Positions 24,703 to 32,000 of a DNA stretch of 32,000 bases are shown piece after piece. The stretch's first letter is position 1, and each line of letters opens with the position of its first letter. The stretch lies in contig JAKLET010000014.1 of the NCBI GenBank assembly GCA_022711595.1, positions 60,215 through 92,214 of the forward strand, in the 5' to 3' direction. The notes beneath the pieces were generated by a model. It had not been told where the DNA came from. It ran no database searches and saw nothing but the letters and a program-made list of their open reading frames with translations. This stretch comes from Deltaproteobacteria bacterium. GTDB lineage: Bacteria > Desulfobacterota > Syntrophorhabdia > Syntrophorhabdales > Syntrophorhabdaceae. Made by a program: the position numbers and the translations under genes.

Positions 24703-25919
24703 TTATTGAAAGTGAGGACCAGACAGGAATTCGTGCCTCCGAACCCGGCGGCGTTGCACATAACCGCACGGGGAGGTCTTTCGACGGTTTCTTTCACGAT
24801 ATTGAGCCTTTCAGAATGCTCATCGGGCTCTTTAAAATTAATATTGGGCGCAATGAAGCCCTGCCGGGCCATTATGGCAGCGTAGACCACCTGTGATGCG
24901 CCGGACATCCAGAGCTCGTGGCCCGTCATGGACTTGAGCGATGAGACATATGGTGTTTTTGGCCCGAAGACCTTTGAGATGGCCTGTGCTTCCGATGCGT
25001 CGCCAAGGGGTGTCGATGTGGCGTGGGCACAGATATAGTCGATATCGCCCGGTTCCATGCCGGCGATCTTCAAGGCCTTCTCCATGGCACTCCGGAGACC
25101 TTCCAGGCTCGGCACCGACAGGTGCAGACCATCGGAGGAAAAGCCGTAAGAACGGACCTCTCCAAGGATCGCCGCGCCCCTTTTCCGCGCCGTTTCCAGG
25201 CCCTCCAGCACCAGGGCTGCGGCGCCACCGCCCGGGACGAGGCCGTCACGGTTCTTGTCAAAGGGACGGCTGGCCGCCCCCGGATTATCGAAGTTGGTTG
25301 AAAAAGCGCCGATGGCGTCGAAACTGCACATGGATTCCCAGTTGACCTCCTGTGCACCGCCGCATATAACCCTCTCCTGCCTTCCCAGGGCGATAAGGTC
25401 GGCCGCCTGTCCCACCGCGTGCCCGCCGCTTGAACAGGCGGAGCTGATGGTCCAGCAGGCACCCCTGGTTTTCAGGAGGGTATTGAGGTTCATGGTGACC
25501 GTTGAAGTCATTGAACGGAAAACGAAACCGCTCCCTATGGAATGTGACCCGCCGTGCTCCCTGAGGAGGTCCACCTGCTCAACGGCGGCTATGCAGCTTG
25601 AATCGCATCCGAAAATGAGCCCCGTTTCCTCGTTCTGTATGTCCTCGGGGGCAAGGCCCGACATCCCGAGCGCCTCCATTGCCGCCGCATAGGCCTGAAC
25701 GGCAAAGTCGGGCATGGTCTTGCGCTGTTTTTTCGACAGGACCTTTTCCGTACTGAAACCCTCGATCGCCCCTGTCAGCGGGCTGCGGAAACCGAGTTCG
25801 GCACGTTTTGTGTCGTATATGATGCCGGACCTTCCCAGGCGGAGCGACTCCCCCACGGTCTGCGTGTCCGTGCCCAGGCAGGATACGATGCCAATACCGG
25901 TGATAACGACTCTGTTCAT
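24699..25919 (-). CDS. Beta-ketoacyl-ACP synthase, FabB-like
   Basis: 406 aa. The motifs ISSACSSGGHAVG (Cys) and CAHATSTPLGD (His, FabB-type STP) are present. The second His lies in a divergent context, SMTGHELWMSG. AAGGA lies upstream of the ATG. Confidence 0.85.
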   Translation of the reverse strand: MNRVVITGIGIVSCLGTDTQTVGESLRLGRSGIIYDTKRAELGFRSPLTGAIEGFSTEKVLSKKQRKTMPDFAVQAYAAAMEALGMSGLAPEDIQNEETGLIFGCDSSCIAAVEQVDLLREHGGSHSIGSGFVFRSMTSTVTMNLNTLLKTRGACWTISSACSSGGHAVGQAADLIALGRQERVICGGAQEVNWESMCSFDAIGAFSTNFDNPGAASRPFDKNRDGLVPGGGAAALVLEGLETARKRGAAILGEVRSYGFSSDGLHLSVPSLEGLRSAMEKALKIAGMEPGDIDYICAHATSTPLGDASEAQAISKVFGPKTPYVSSLKSMTGHELWMSGASQVVYAAIMARQGFIAPNINFKEPDEHSERLNIVKETVERPPRAVMCNAAGFGGTNSCLVLTFNK

Positions 25920-25995
25920 GGTGTCCTTTCGATCATGGCGCTTGTTTCCCGCATGGTTAAGGTTAATCTATCATTAAAAAAAGGCATTTCCAATA

Positions 25996-26892
25996 TTATA
26001 TTGAAGCGCTGTAAAGACACGGCTCGTGTTCATTTTCTGATGGCCCTGCGAAGCTTCCGTAAGCCTCCTTGAGGGGGCCGAACCTGAAACGGCTTGCCAG
26101 CTCGGCAAGATAACGGCGGTACCTGCCGAAGTACATCCCATAGAGCGTGGCGGCAAGGGAGTGACATTTCCAGATGTTCCTGTTCACGCCCTCGGGGCTT
26201 GCCTCGTAGGGGTGGCAGAAATAATTGAAGGGCAAGCCCTTTTTATTGAGGCTTTTAAAATACCCTATCTGCAAATGTATGGGTATATAGGCGCAGAAGA
26301 GGCCACCGTTGAAGGGTATGGCGTTCCCGAAGAACACGAAAGATGTGACCGGTATGACTGTCAGCAGTTCCTTGTAAATGAAGGGCGTCATGTCTGTCGG
26401 TGAGCGCCCGAGGTATTTGAGCAGGCCCGGCTGCGCCGTGTTGTCAATTCTGTAGCCTGCATCTATCAGTTCATCGTATGCCCAGGGGGTGCGCGCCGTG
26501 ATGCCCCAGCTTGGAGAACGGTATGTGCAGACCTCTTTCGAGGTGATGTCCTCAAGCTTTTTTTTACTCATGGTTATGTCGTTGCGAAAATCCTTGCGCT
26601 GGAGGCGCTCCGCGATGATATGCCGGTACCCGTGGGAACCCACCTCATGGTTCGCGGCGGCTATGGCGCCCACAAGCCCGGGGAAATGCTCCGCCACATA
26701 TCCGGGTATGAACATGGTGGCCTTGAGGCCAAGGTCGTCAAGGAGCCCGAGGAGGGTGTATGTCTCCTTCTCGACGAGGTATTCCGACAGGTGACTGGTC
26801 CCGTTCTTCATGTCCAGGCTGTAGGCAAGGTCGTCGATATCGAAGCAGAGCGCGTTCGTGATACCCGATGGGACCTGATTCTTCAATGTCAT
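25996..26892 (-). CDS. Polysaccharide deacetylase (CE4/NodB-homology) family protein
   Basis: 298 aa from ATG 26892; the longer ORF overlaps the FabG-like gene. NodB-type motifs are CFDIDD (Asp-Asp), GSHGYRH (His-x3-His) and YRSPSWG (Arg-x-Pro). Confidence 0.65.
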   Translation of the reverse strand: MTLKNQVPSGITNALCFDIDDLAYSLDMKNGTSHLSEYLVEKETYTLLGLLDDLGLKATMFIPGYVAEHFPGLVGAIAAANHEVGSHGYRHIIAERLQRKDFRNDITMSKKKLEDITSKEVCTYRSPSWGITARTPWAYDELIDAGYRIDNTAQPGLLKYLGRSPTDMTPFIYKELLTVIPVTSFVFFGNAIPFNGGLFCAYIPIHLQIGYFKSLNKKGLPFNYFCHPYEASPEGVNRNIWKCHSLAATLYGMYFGRYRRYLAELASRFRFGPLKEAYGSFAGPSENEHEPCLYSASI

Positions 26893-26914
26893 GAATATCT
26901 GTCCGGTAAATGTC

Positions 26915-27643
26915 CTACATGTACGTGCCGCCGTTGACGGCGATGATCTGGCCGGTGATGTAGGCGGCCTTGTCAGAAACGAGAAAACTGACGACATCGG
27001 CGACATCTGCGGGTTTCCCGAGACGTCCGAGGGGGATCATGGGAAGGATCCTGTCCTTCGGCAGGTCATGTGTCATATCCGTCTCTATGAAGCCTGGAGA
27101 GACGGCGTTCACCAGGATGTTCCTCTTTGCGACCTCGGCGGCGAGCGCCTTGGTGGCGCCGATGAGGCCAGCCTTTGCCGCGGAGTAATTGGTTTGACCG
27201 GGCATGCCGCTTTGCCCCGAGGTGGAAACTATGTTCACGATCCGCCCCTGGCGCTTGCGCAGCATATTGACGAGCACCAGTCTGGTGACGAAGAAAAACC
27301 CGTCAAGGGCAACGGAAAGGACGCCTTTCCATTCCCGCTCGTTCATCATGGCCATGATCGTGTCCTTTGCGTACCCCGCGTTGTTTACAACAGCGTAAGG
27401 CGTGTCGTTTTCGAGAAGCGGGGTAAGGGCGCTCTTCACAGCCTCGCCGTCTGCAACGTCGAAGGGGAGCAGAAGGCACGATGTCCCCTCTTTTTCGACC
27501 TCTGCGGCCACTCTGGAGGCGGACTCGTGGTCGCTGCGGTAATTGAGCCATATATCGAAGCCGTCACGTGCGAGAGCGGCGGCGATCGCAGCCCCGATCC
27601 CTTTGCTTCCCCCGGTTATCAATGCTATCCTTCGTTTTTCCAT
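26915..27643 (-). CDS. SDR-family 3-oxoacyl-ACP reductase (FabG-like)
   Basis: 242 aa. The motifs are ALITGGSKGIGAAIA (TGxxxGxG), NNAG and the catalytic YSAAKAG (YxxxK). Confidence 0.9.
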   Translation of the reverse strand: MEKRRIALITGGSKGIGAAIAAALARDGFDIWLNYRSDHESASRVAAEVEKEGTSCLLLPFDVADGEAVKSALTPLLENDTPYAVVNNAGYAKDTIMAMMNEREWKGVLSVALDGFFFVTRLVLVNMLRKRQGRIVNIVSTSGQSGMPGQTNYSAAKAGLIGATKALAAEVAKRNILVNAVSPGFIETDMTHDLPKDRILPMIPLGRLGKPADVADVVSFLVSDKAAYITGQIIAVNGGTYM

Positions 27644-27699
27644 TGTTTTATGACCCTTTTAAAGGCAGGCTACCGCCATTTACGGGTTTTTTAGCCCGC

Positions 27700-27728
27700 A
27701 TTATGATGATGCTCTAAAGATTTTTCAG
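27700..27728 (-). promoter_or_regulatory. Candidate sigma70-type promoter for the long minus-strand operon
   Basis: On the minus strand, CTGAAA (-35) is followed by a 17-nt spacer and CATAAT (-10). This lies about 55 nt upstream of the FabG-like ATG. The match is by eye only. Confidence 0.3.
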
Positions 27729-27771
27729 GTGTCGTCATTTCAATCAAAAGCGACTGGAATGTTCAGGGTGC

Positions 27772-27780
27772 TGATATAAT
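27772..27780 (+). promoter_or_regulatory. Extended -10 promoter element TGATATAAT
   Basis: A perfect TATAAT is preceded by TGn. The -35 is poor. If used, it implies a leader of about 260 nt before the plus-strand radical SAM gene. Confidence 0.3.
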
Positions 27781-27970
27781 CCTACATTTGGCTTCAAATC
27801 GCAACAAAAGACAAAACACTTTCATCAGGCATATAGAGTCACGGGTTTTCTCCCGGTCACCATTGATCAAAGTCCCGTTTTTCAACGGTTAAAATTTTCT
27901 GAAATATTAACAAAATCTGCCGCTTTTGGCAAATTGCGCCAGGTCCGTCAGCCAACGTTCCATTTGTCCC

Positions 27971-28000
27971 TTGACTAAGTGCGGACGTATATATTATTTT
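27971..28000 (+). promoter_or_regulatory. Candidate sigma70-type promoter proximal to the plus-strand operon
   Basis: TTGACT lies at 27971-27976. An AT-rich -10 region follows (TATTAT at 15-nt spacing, TTATTT at 17 nt or TATTTT at 18 nt). It is about 50 nt upstream of the ATG at 28048. Confidence 0.35.
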
Positions 28001-28047
28001 AACCGAAAAAAACAAAGAAAAGGCAAAATAATCAATGGTTAGGTCGA

Positions 28048-29346
28048 ATGAAGATCCTCCTTGTCAATCCTCCCAATTGCGGGCGTAGCATCCCCGAGGA
28101 ACAATACGGCATAGACTCGCTGAAACAGATAATGCGGGCCGAGCCCCTCTCGCTTGAGGCCCTTGCGGGAAACCTTGACGAACATGAGGTAAGGATCGTC
28201 GACCTGAAGGCGCAGCCGGACACATTCGGAGAGGCCCTTGCCGGTTTTGCTCCGGACATTGTGGGTATTACCGGTGTTACCTGTGAGGCGAACACCATGC
28301 TGAAACTCGCGTCAGAGGTAAAGCGGGAGAGTGAGGCCACGGTCGTCGTAGGCGGCGTCCATGCAAGCAATGATCCGTCCTTCTTTAACAGTGCTGATAT
28401 AGATTTCATTGTGGCAGGTCTTGGGAAGAAGAGCTTTCGGGTACTGGCAGAGGCGCTGCGGTCGGGAAAAGGAGCTGATGAAATTCCCGGGGTCACGAGG
28501 ACAAATCCCGGGGGGAGCATTTCCCTCGCGCGGAGGAAATGCTCCGGTGAAGACCTTGTAGACGACAAGCCGCCCCGCTATGACCTGGTGAACATGTACA
28601 GGGAACATTATTTCCTGGAATCGTTAAATTTACAGTTCGGTCTTGTTTCCGTCGCCTTCGGTTGCCCTTACCGCTGTTCTTTCTGCTCTATTCATCATAT
28701 CACGGGGGGAACCTATCTGACTCACAGCACGGCTGCGGTTCTGCGGGACATCAGGATATTTGCGGACCTGCCGGCGGTGATCCGCCTTGTCGATGCCAAC
28801 ACCTTCGGAGATGCCGGACATGCCCGCTGCCTTGCCGGTGAGATCATAAAGGCAGGCATAAAGAAACAGTTCGTAGCAGACGTGCGTTCCGACACGGTGG
28901 TGCGCCACCCGGACCTCTTCCGGGAATGGAAGGAGGCGGGACTGCGCTCTGTCATCATCGGTTTTGAAGAGGTCGACGACACCAGGCTATCGGAGATCAA
29001 CAAGGTGAACACGGTGGCCGTGAATACCGAGGCCATAGAGATACTTCACGATATAGGCATCACCATCATAGGCGACTTCATTGTTTCACCCGACTACGAT
29101 GACCGGCAGTTCCAATCATTGAGGAACTACCTGGGCGAACACCCCGTCGATCTGCCCATGCTCTCCATACTCACACCGCTGCCCGGAACACCCCTTTACG
29201 AGTCCATGAAAGAGAGGATTGCCATCCATGACCTTGATTTCTATACACTCACCAACGCGGTAGTTCCTACAAACATACCAGAAAAGGCCTTCTACGAGAA
29301 CTATGCGGACCTCATGAGGTCAAGCCATGCAGGGGCAAAATTATAG
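28048..29346 (+). CDS. B12-binding-domain radical SAM enzyme (class B type), copy 4
   Basis: 432 aa. The N-terminus is MKILLVNPP...EPLSLEALAGNLDEHEVRIVDLK. The CxxxCxxC motif is CPYRCSFC. Confidence 0.85.
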   Translation: MKILLVNPPNCGRSIPEEQYGIDSLKQIMRAEPLSLEALAGNLDEHEVRIVDLKAQPDTFGEALAGFAPDIVGITGVTCEANTMLKLASEVKRESEATVVVGGVHASNDPSFFNSADIDFIVAGLGKKSFRVLAEALRSGKGADEIPGVTRTNPGGSISLARRKCSGEDLVDDKPPRYDLVNMYREHYFLESLNLQFGLVSVAFGCPYRCSFCSIHHITGGTYLTHSTAAVLRDIRIFADLPAVIRLVDANTFGDAGHARCLAGEIIKAGIKKQFVADVRSDTVVRHPDLFREWKEAGLRSVIIGFEEVDDTRLSEINKVNTVAVNTEAIEILHDIGITIIGDFIVSPDYDDRQFQSLRNYLGEHPVDLPMLSILTPLPGTPLYESMKERIAIHDLDFYTLTNAVVPTNIPEKAFYENYADLMRSSHAGAKL

Positions 29347-29362
29347 CGAGGTGCAATCTCTT

Positions 29363-30535
29363 ATGGATGTTTATATAACGGATGTTTCTTCTTTTCTTCC
29401 CAATGGTCCCGTGTCGAACGACGATATGGAAAAGGTTCTGGGGGTGGTGGAGCATATACCCACCAGGATCAAAAAGATCGTTCTGAAAAGCAACGATATC
29501 CATTCAAGGTATTATGCTATCGACCCCGAAACGGGAAGACAGACACATACCAACGCTCAGCTCGCCGCCGAGGCGGTGCGCCGCCTTAAGCCTTACGATG
29601 GTTTTTCTCCAGACGACATCGAATGCCTTTGCTGCGGGACGTCCACGCCGGACCAGATCATGCCGGGCCACGGATTGATGGTTCACGGTGAACTGGCAAG
29701 CGGCCCCTGCGAGGTCGTGAGCACATCGAGCATCTGCATATCGGGGATGACGGCATTGAAATACGCTTATATGAACGTGGCGCTTGGCCTTTCGAAGAAC
29801 GCCGTGGCAACGGGTTCGGATCTGGCGTCGGCATCCCTGAAGGCAAGGTTCTATGAGGCGGTCGGCGAGAAGAGAAAGGGCGGGAAGTTCAAGGAAGACG
29901 GAGAAGTGCCGCTCTTCGATACGGTCTTCCTCAGGTGGATGCTTTCCGACGGTGCGGGCGCGGTTTTCATGACGGGCAGCCCCACAGGCGCCGGCGGTGC
30001 CTTGAAAGTTGAATGGATCGAGAATATATCCTTCGCGGGGGAATTCGAAACCTGCATGTACTGCGGGGCGAAAAAGGAGGGGGACGGCCGGGTGACGGGC
30101 TGGCGCGGCTATCCTTCCCCGGAGATGGCCGCACGCGACGGGGCCTTTCTCATCAGACAGGATGTGAAGCTGCTGAACCGGGACATCATGAGGGTCTCTG
30201 TCGAAAAGACGCTGCCCTTTGTCATTGAAAGGCGCGGTCTTTCACCTGCCGGGGTCGATTGGCTGCTGCCGCATTATTCGTCGGGTTATTTCCGGCAGGA
30301 ATACTATGACCACCTGAAGGATTTCGGGTTCGAGATACCCTACGAGAAATGGTTCACAAACTTGAATGACAAGGGGAACACCGGATCGGCCTCAATGTAC
30401 ATAATCCTTGAAGAACTATTCCATTCGAACAGGATAAAGAAAGGCGACAGGATACTCTGCTATATTCCCGAGAGCGGAAGGTTCTCCGTCTGTTACGTCA
30501 TGCTGACAGTGGTGCGGGTCCCATCTGTTTCCTGA
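29363..30535 (+). CDS. KAS III-like (FabH-family) condensing enzyme, long form
   Basis: 390 aa from ATG 29363. An alternative ATG at 29327 would overlap the radical SAM gene by 20 nt. The N-terminus is FabH-like (VYITDVSSFLPNGPVSND). Cys lies in STSSICISGMTAL, His in LLPHYSSGYF and Asn in KGNTGSASMYI. Confidence 0.7.
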   Translation: MDVYITDVSSFLPNGPVSNDDMEKVLGVVEHIPTRIKKIVLKSNDIHSRYYAIDPETGRQTHTNAQLAAEAVRRLKPYDGFSPDDIECLCCGTSTPDQIMPGHGLMVHGELASGPCEVVSTSSICISGMTALKYAYMNVALGLSKNAVATGSDLASASLKARFYEAVGEKRKGGKFKEDGEVPLFDTVFLRWMLSDGAGAVFMTGSPTGAGGALKVEWIENISFAGEFETCMYCGAKKEGDGRVTGWRGYPSPEMAARDGAFLIRQDVKLLNRDIMRVSVEKTLPFVIERRGLSPAGVDWLLPHYSSGYFRQEYYDHLKDFGFEIPYEKWFTNLNDKGNTGSASMYIILEELFHSNRIKKGDRILCYIPESGRFSVCYVMLTVVRVPSVS

Positions 30536-30797
30536 CATAGCCTGCCAGTGTCTTTACGGTTCTGAAGATCACCCGGCTTGATTCCTCCAGGCTTATCCTC
30601 ACGTTGTATTTCTTCTCCACGGCCACGGCGATCTCCACGGCATCGAGCGAATCCAGTCCGAGGACGGAATCGGGGCCTATGAGCGGGTCATCGGGAGAGA
30701 AGTCGTCCTGCACGGGATCGGATATCCTGCATATTCCAACGATCATCTCCAGCAGTTCCTTTTCAAATTCCAGCCCAGGTTGTTCGAACAGTTTCAT
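30498..30797 (-). CDS. Acyl carrier protein (longer, N-terminally extended)
   Basis: 99 aa. It carries the motif VLGLDSLDAVEIAVAVE. GGTGGA lies 7 nt upstream of the ATG at 30797. Its 3' end overlaps the convergent KAS III-like gene by 38 nt. Confidence 0.8.
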   Translation of the reverse strand: MKLFEQPGLEFEKELLEMIVGICRISDPVQDDFSPDDPLIGPDSVLGLDSLDAVEIAVAVEKKYNVRISLEESSRVIFRTVKTLAGYVRKQMGPAPLSA

Positions 30798-30895
30798 TAG
30801 CCATCCACCTTATTTCGTCAATTTTTTTCTTAAAAATCCTTTGCGGCATATGTGAACCACGCCGGGATCGTTTCCCGTGAACGGTACCGGGAAAA

Positions 30896-31909
30896 TCATC
30901 GGACGGTTTCAGAGAGGTCACGGAAAAGTCCATGTTCCTTCTCGGCGCAATCGAGGAGGATCTCGCTCAAAAGGTTGAAATTGTCTTTCTCCGACGCCCT
31001 GTCCTTGCATATCCTGGCGCTCGAGGCCGCAAACTCCCTCCACCTGTCGCCGATGACCGTCATCCTCTTTGAGAGATCGAGCAGGCGGTCATCCTTCAGT
31101 ATGGCCGCGGCCTCCTGGAGAAAGGCGGCATACATGAAGCGAAAGCCTCCGCCCCCCGTCCCGAACTCTTCCTGCAGCCTTATGACATTGCCGAGATAGA
31201 GCAGCGTCTTGCGGTTCCCGTGCTTTTCGGGCCAGTTCTTCAGGCTGTTCGCAAAGAATCGGATCCCCCTGGCGCCCATGATCGGGACCGGCAGTTTCAG
31301 CATCACGAAACATGCCTCCTTGATACCCTTGACGACCGCCGCCGCGATGTCGATGTGCCCTGGGGCCCCCATGAAACGAAACATCTTTCCTTTGGGTGAG
31401 AATGTGCCTTTAGAGAAACGGGCCCTTATAAGATCTTCCCTGGTGCAGGTGACGGGTCCATCCATGACAGGATCGCTGATGATGTAGCCATTCCCGCTCA
31501 TGCCATAGGCGATGATGAAGTGGGCGTCGAAATGGATCCTGAAGGCAGGAGGGAAGTAGGGGAGCCAGTAAACGGCCGTCTGGAGGCAGACGGGGATGCC
31601 CCTGCGGAGCATGTCGTCGAGGGCCTCCATGCCCTTTTCGGGGTTTTTGAACTTGACACACTTCACCCCGACCCCGAGGCGCCCGGCAGCGTTCTTCATA
31701 AGCCTTCCCGGAAAGGTGCGGTATGTGATGAGCGGGGAGCCGCTCATCTTGATAAAGGGGAAATAACCGAAGAACACACCTGAACCGATCCCGAAGACAA
31801 GCGCCTCCGAGGCTTTGACGCCGTAGTGGAAAAGGAGGCTGGATGTGGAGCCGCTCTCGCAGTGTGCGGAGATGCGGTGGGTGAAGTCTGTCTTTGCCGT
31901 GTCAGTCAT
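30896..31909 (-). CDS. BtrH-like (BtrH_N/DUF4872-type) putative ACP-dependent acyl/aminoacyl transferase or peptidase
   Basis: 337 aa from ATG 31909. The N-terminal Cys motif RISAHCESGSTSSLLFHYG and the overall length recall the butirosin BtrH family. The assignment is from memory of the family, not from a search. Confidence 0.45.
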   Translation of the reverse strand: MTDTAKTDFTHRISAHCESGSTSSLLFHYGVKASEALVFGIGSGVFFGYFPFIKMSGSPLITYRTFPGRLMKNAAGRLGVGVKCVKFKNPEKGMEALDDMLRRGIPVCLQTAVYWLPYFPPAFRIHFDAHFIIAYGMSGNGYIISDPVMDGPVTCTREDLIRARFSKGTFSPKGKMFRFMGAPGHIDIAAAVVKGIKEACFVMLKLPVPIMGARGIRFFANSLKNWPEKHGNRKTLLYLGNVIRLQEEFGTGGGGFRFMYAAFLQEAAAILKDDRLLDLSKRMTVIGDRWREFAASSARICKDRASEKDNFNLLSEILLDCAEKEHGLFRDLSETVR

Positions 31910-32000
31910 TTTCCGGACCTTTCTCAAGCTGCTCCACCGATATGCCGAAGACCTTTGCGTAGCGCTCCAGCAGGGAATGAGAGAGGCGCCGGAACACCCC
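31902..32000 (-). CDS. 3' end of an unidentified upstream gene, truncated by the window edge
   Basis: An open frame reads ...GVFRRLSHSLLERYAKVFGISVEQLEKGPEND followed by a stop. The stop overlaps the BtrH-like ATG by 8 nt, which suggests the same operon. The function is not assignable. Confidence 0.3.
   Translation of the reverse strand, partial: GVFRRLSHSLLERYAKVFGISVEQLEKGPEND

Noticed and set aside
25995-26000. Perfect TATAAT on the minus strand overlapping the deacetylase stop codon, as a possible internal promoter for the FabB-like KS
   Set aside because: The sequence at the -35 position (GCCGTG) bears no resemblance to the consensus. An isolated hexamer in an AT-rich patch is expected by chance.
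1720-27643. Calling the locus a canonical aryl polyene (APE) cluster, or a PUFA synthase / type I PKS
   Set aside because: No aryl-acid-activating or lyase genes are present, and there are many extra radical SAM and CrtI-like genes, so it is APE-like only in its core. All condensing enzymes are discrete single-domain proteins, which excludes type I PKS and PUFA megasynthases.
27927-27937. Sigma54-like TGGCA...TTGC element (tggcaaattgc)
   Set aside because: The GG-to-GC spacing is 8 nt, against 12 nt in the -24/-12 consensus. No enhancer-binding-protein gene is present in the window.

Overview
Nearly the whole window (about 1720 to at least 31909) is one densely packed lipid or polyketide-type biosynthetic gene cluster. 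Most of it lies on the minus strand, and many genes are translationally coupled through ATGA, TGATG or TAATG start/stop overlaps. The core has the gene content of the aryl-polyene (ape) family of type II FAS/PKS clusters. It contains four KS I/II enzymes with intact Cys-His-His triads, two Cys-less KS partners (CLF-like), two KAS III (FabH-like) enzymes and three ACPs. It also contains one SDR ketoreductase, two hotdog dehydratases, a 4HBT thioesterase, LpxL-like and PlsC-like acyltransferases, a GT2-DUF2062 glycosyltransferase, an MMPL exporter and a LolA-like carrier. Added to this core are genes that canonical ape clusters lack. These are four B12-binding-domain radical SAM enzymes (three in tandem, one divergent), two CrtI/phytoene-desaturase-family flavoproteins, a CE4 (NodB-type) deacetylase, a BtrH-like ACP-dependent transferase and a methyltransferase-like membrane protein. 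No aryl-starter genes (AMP-ligase, ammonia lyase) and no enoyl reductase are visible. From memory, this KS/ACP + radical SAM + phytoene-desaturase combination resembles the clusters proposed bioinformatically for ladderane synthesis in anammox bacteria, whose homologues elsewhere have no assigned product. I cannot verify that without searches. The only clearly unrelated gene is a secreted SLT-type lytic transglycosylase at the left edge. Nearly every intergenic gap carries an unusual family of short-period (7 to 9 nt) tandem oligonucleotide arrays, often as inverted pairs able to form long hairpins. In two places these arrays extend into gene termini. No rRNA, tRNA, CRISPR array or transposase was recognised. 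Product names come from motifs read by eye; no database search was run.
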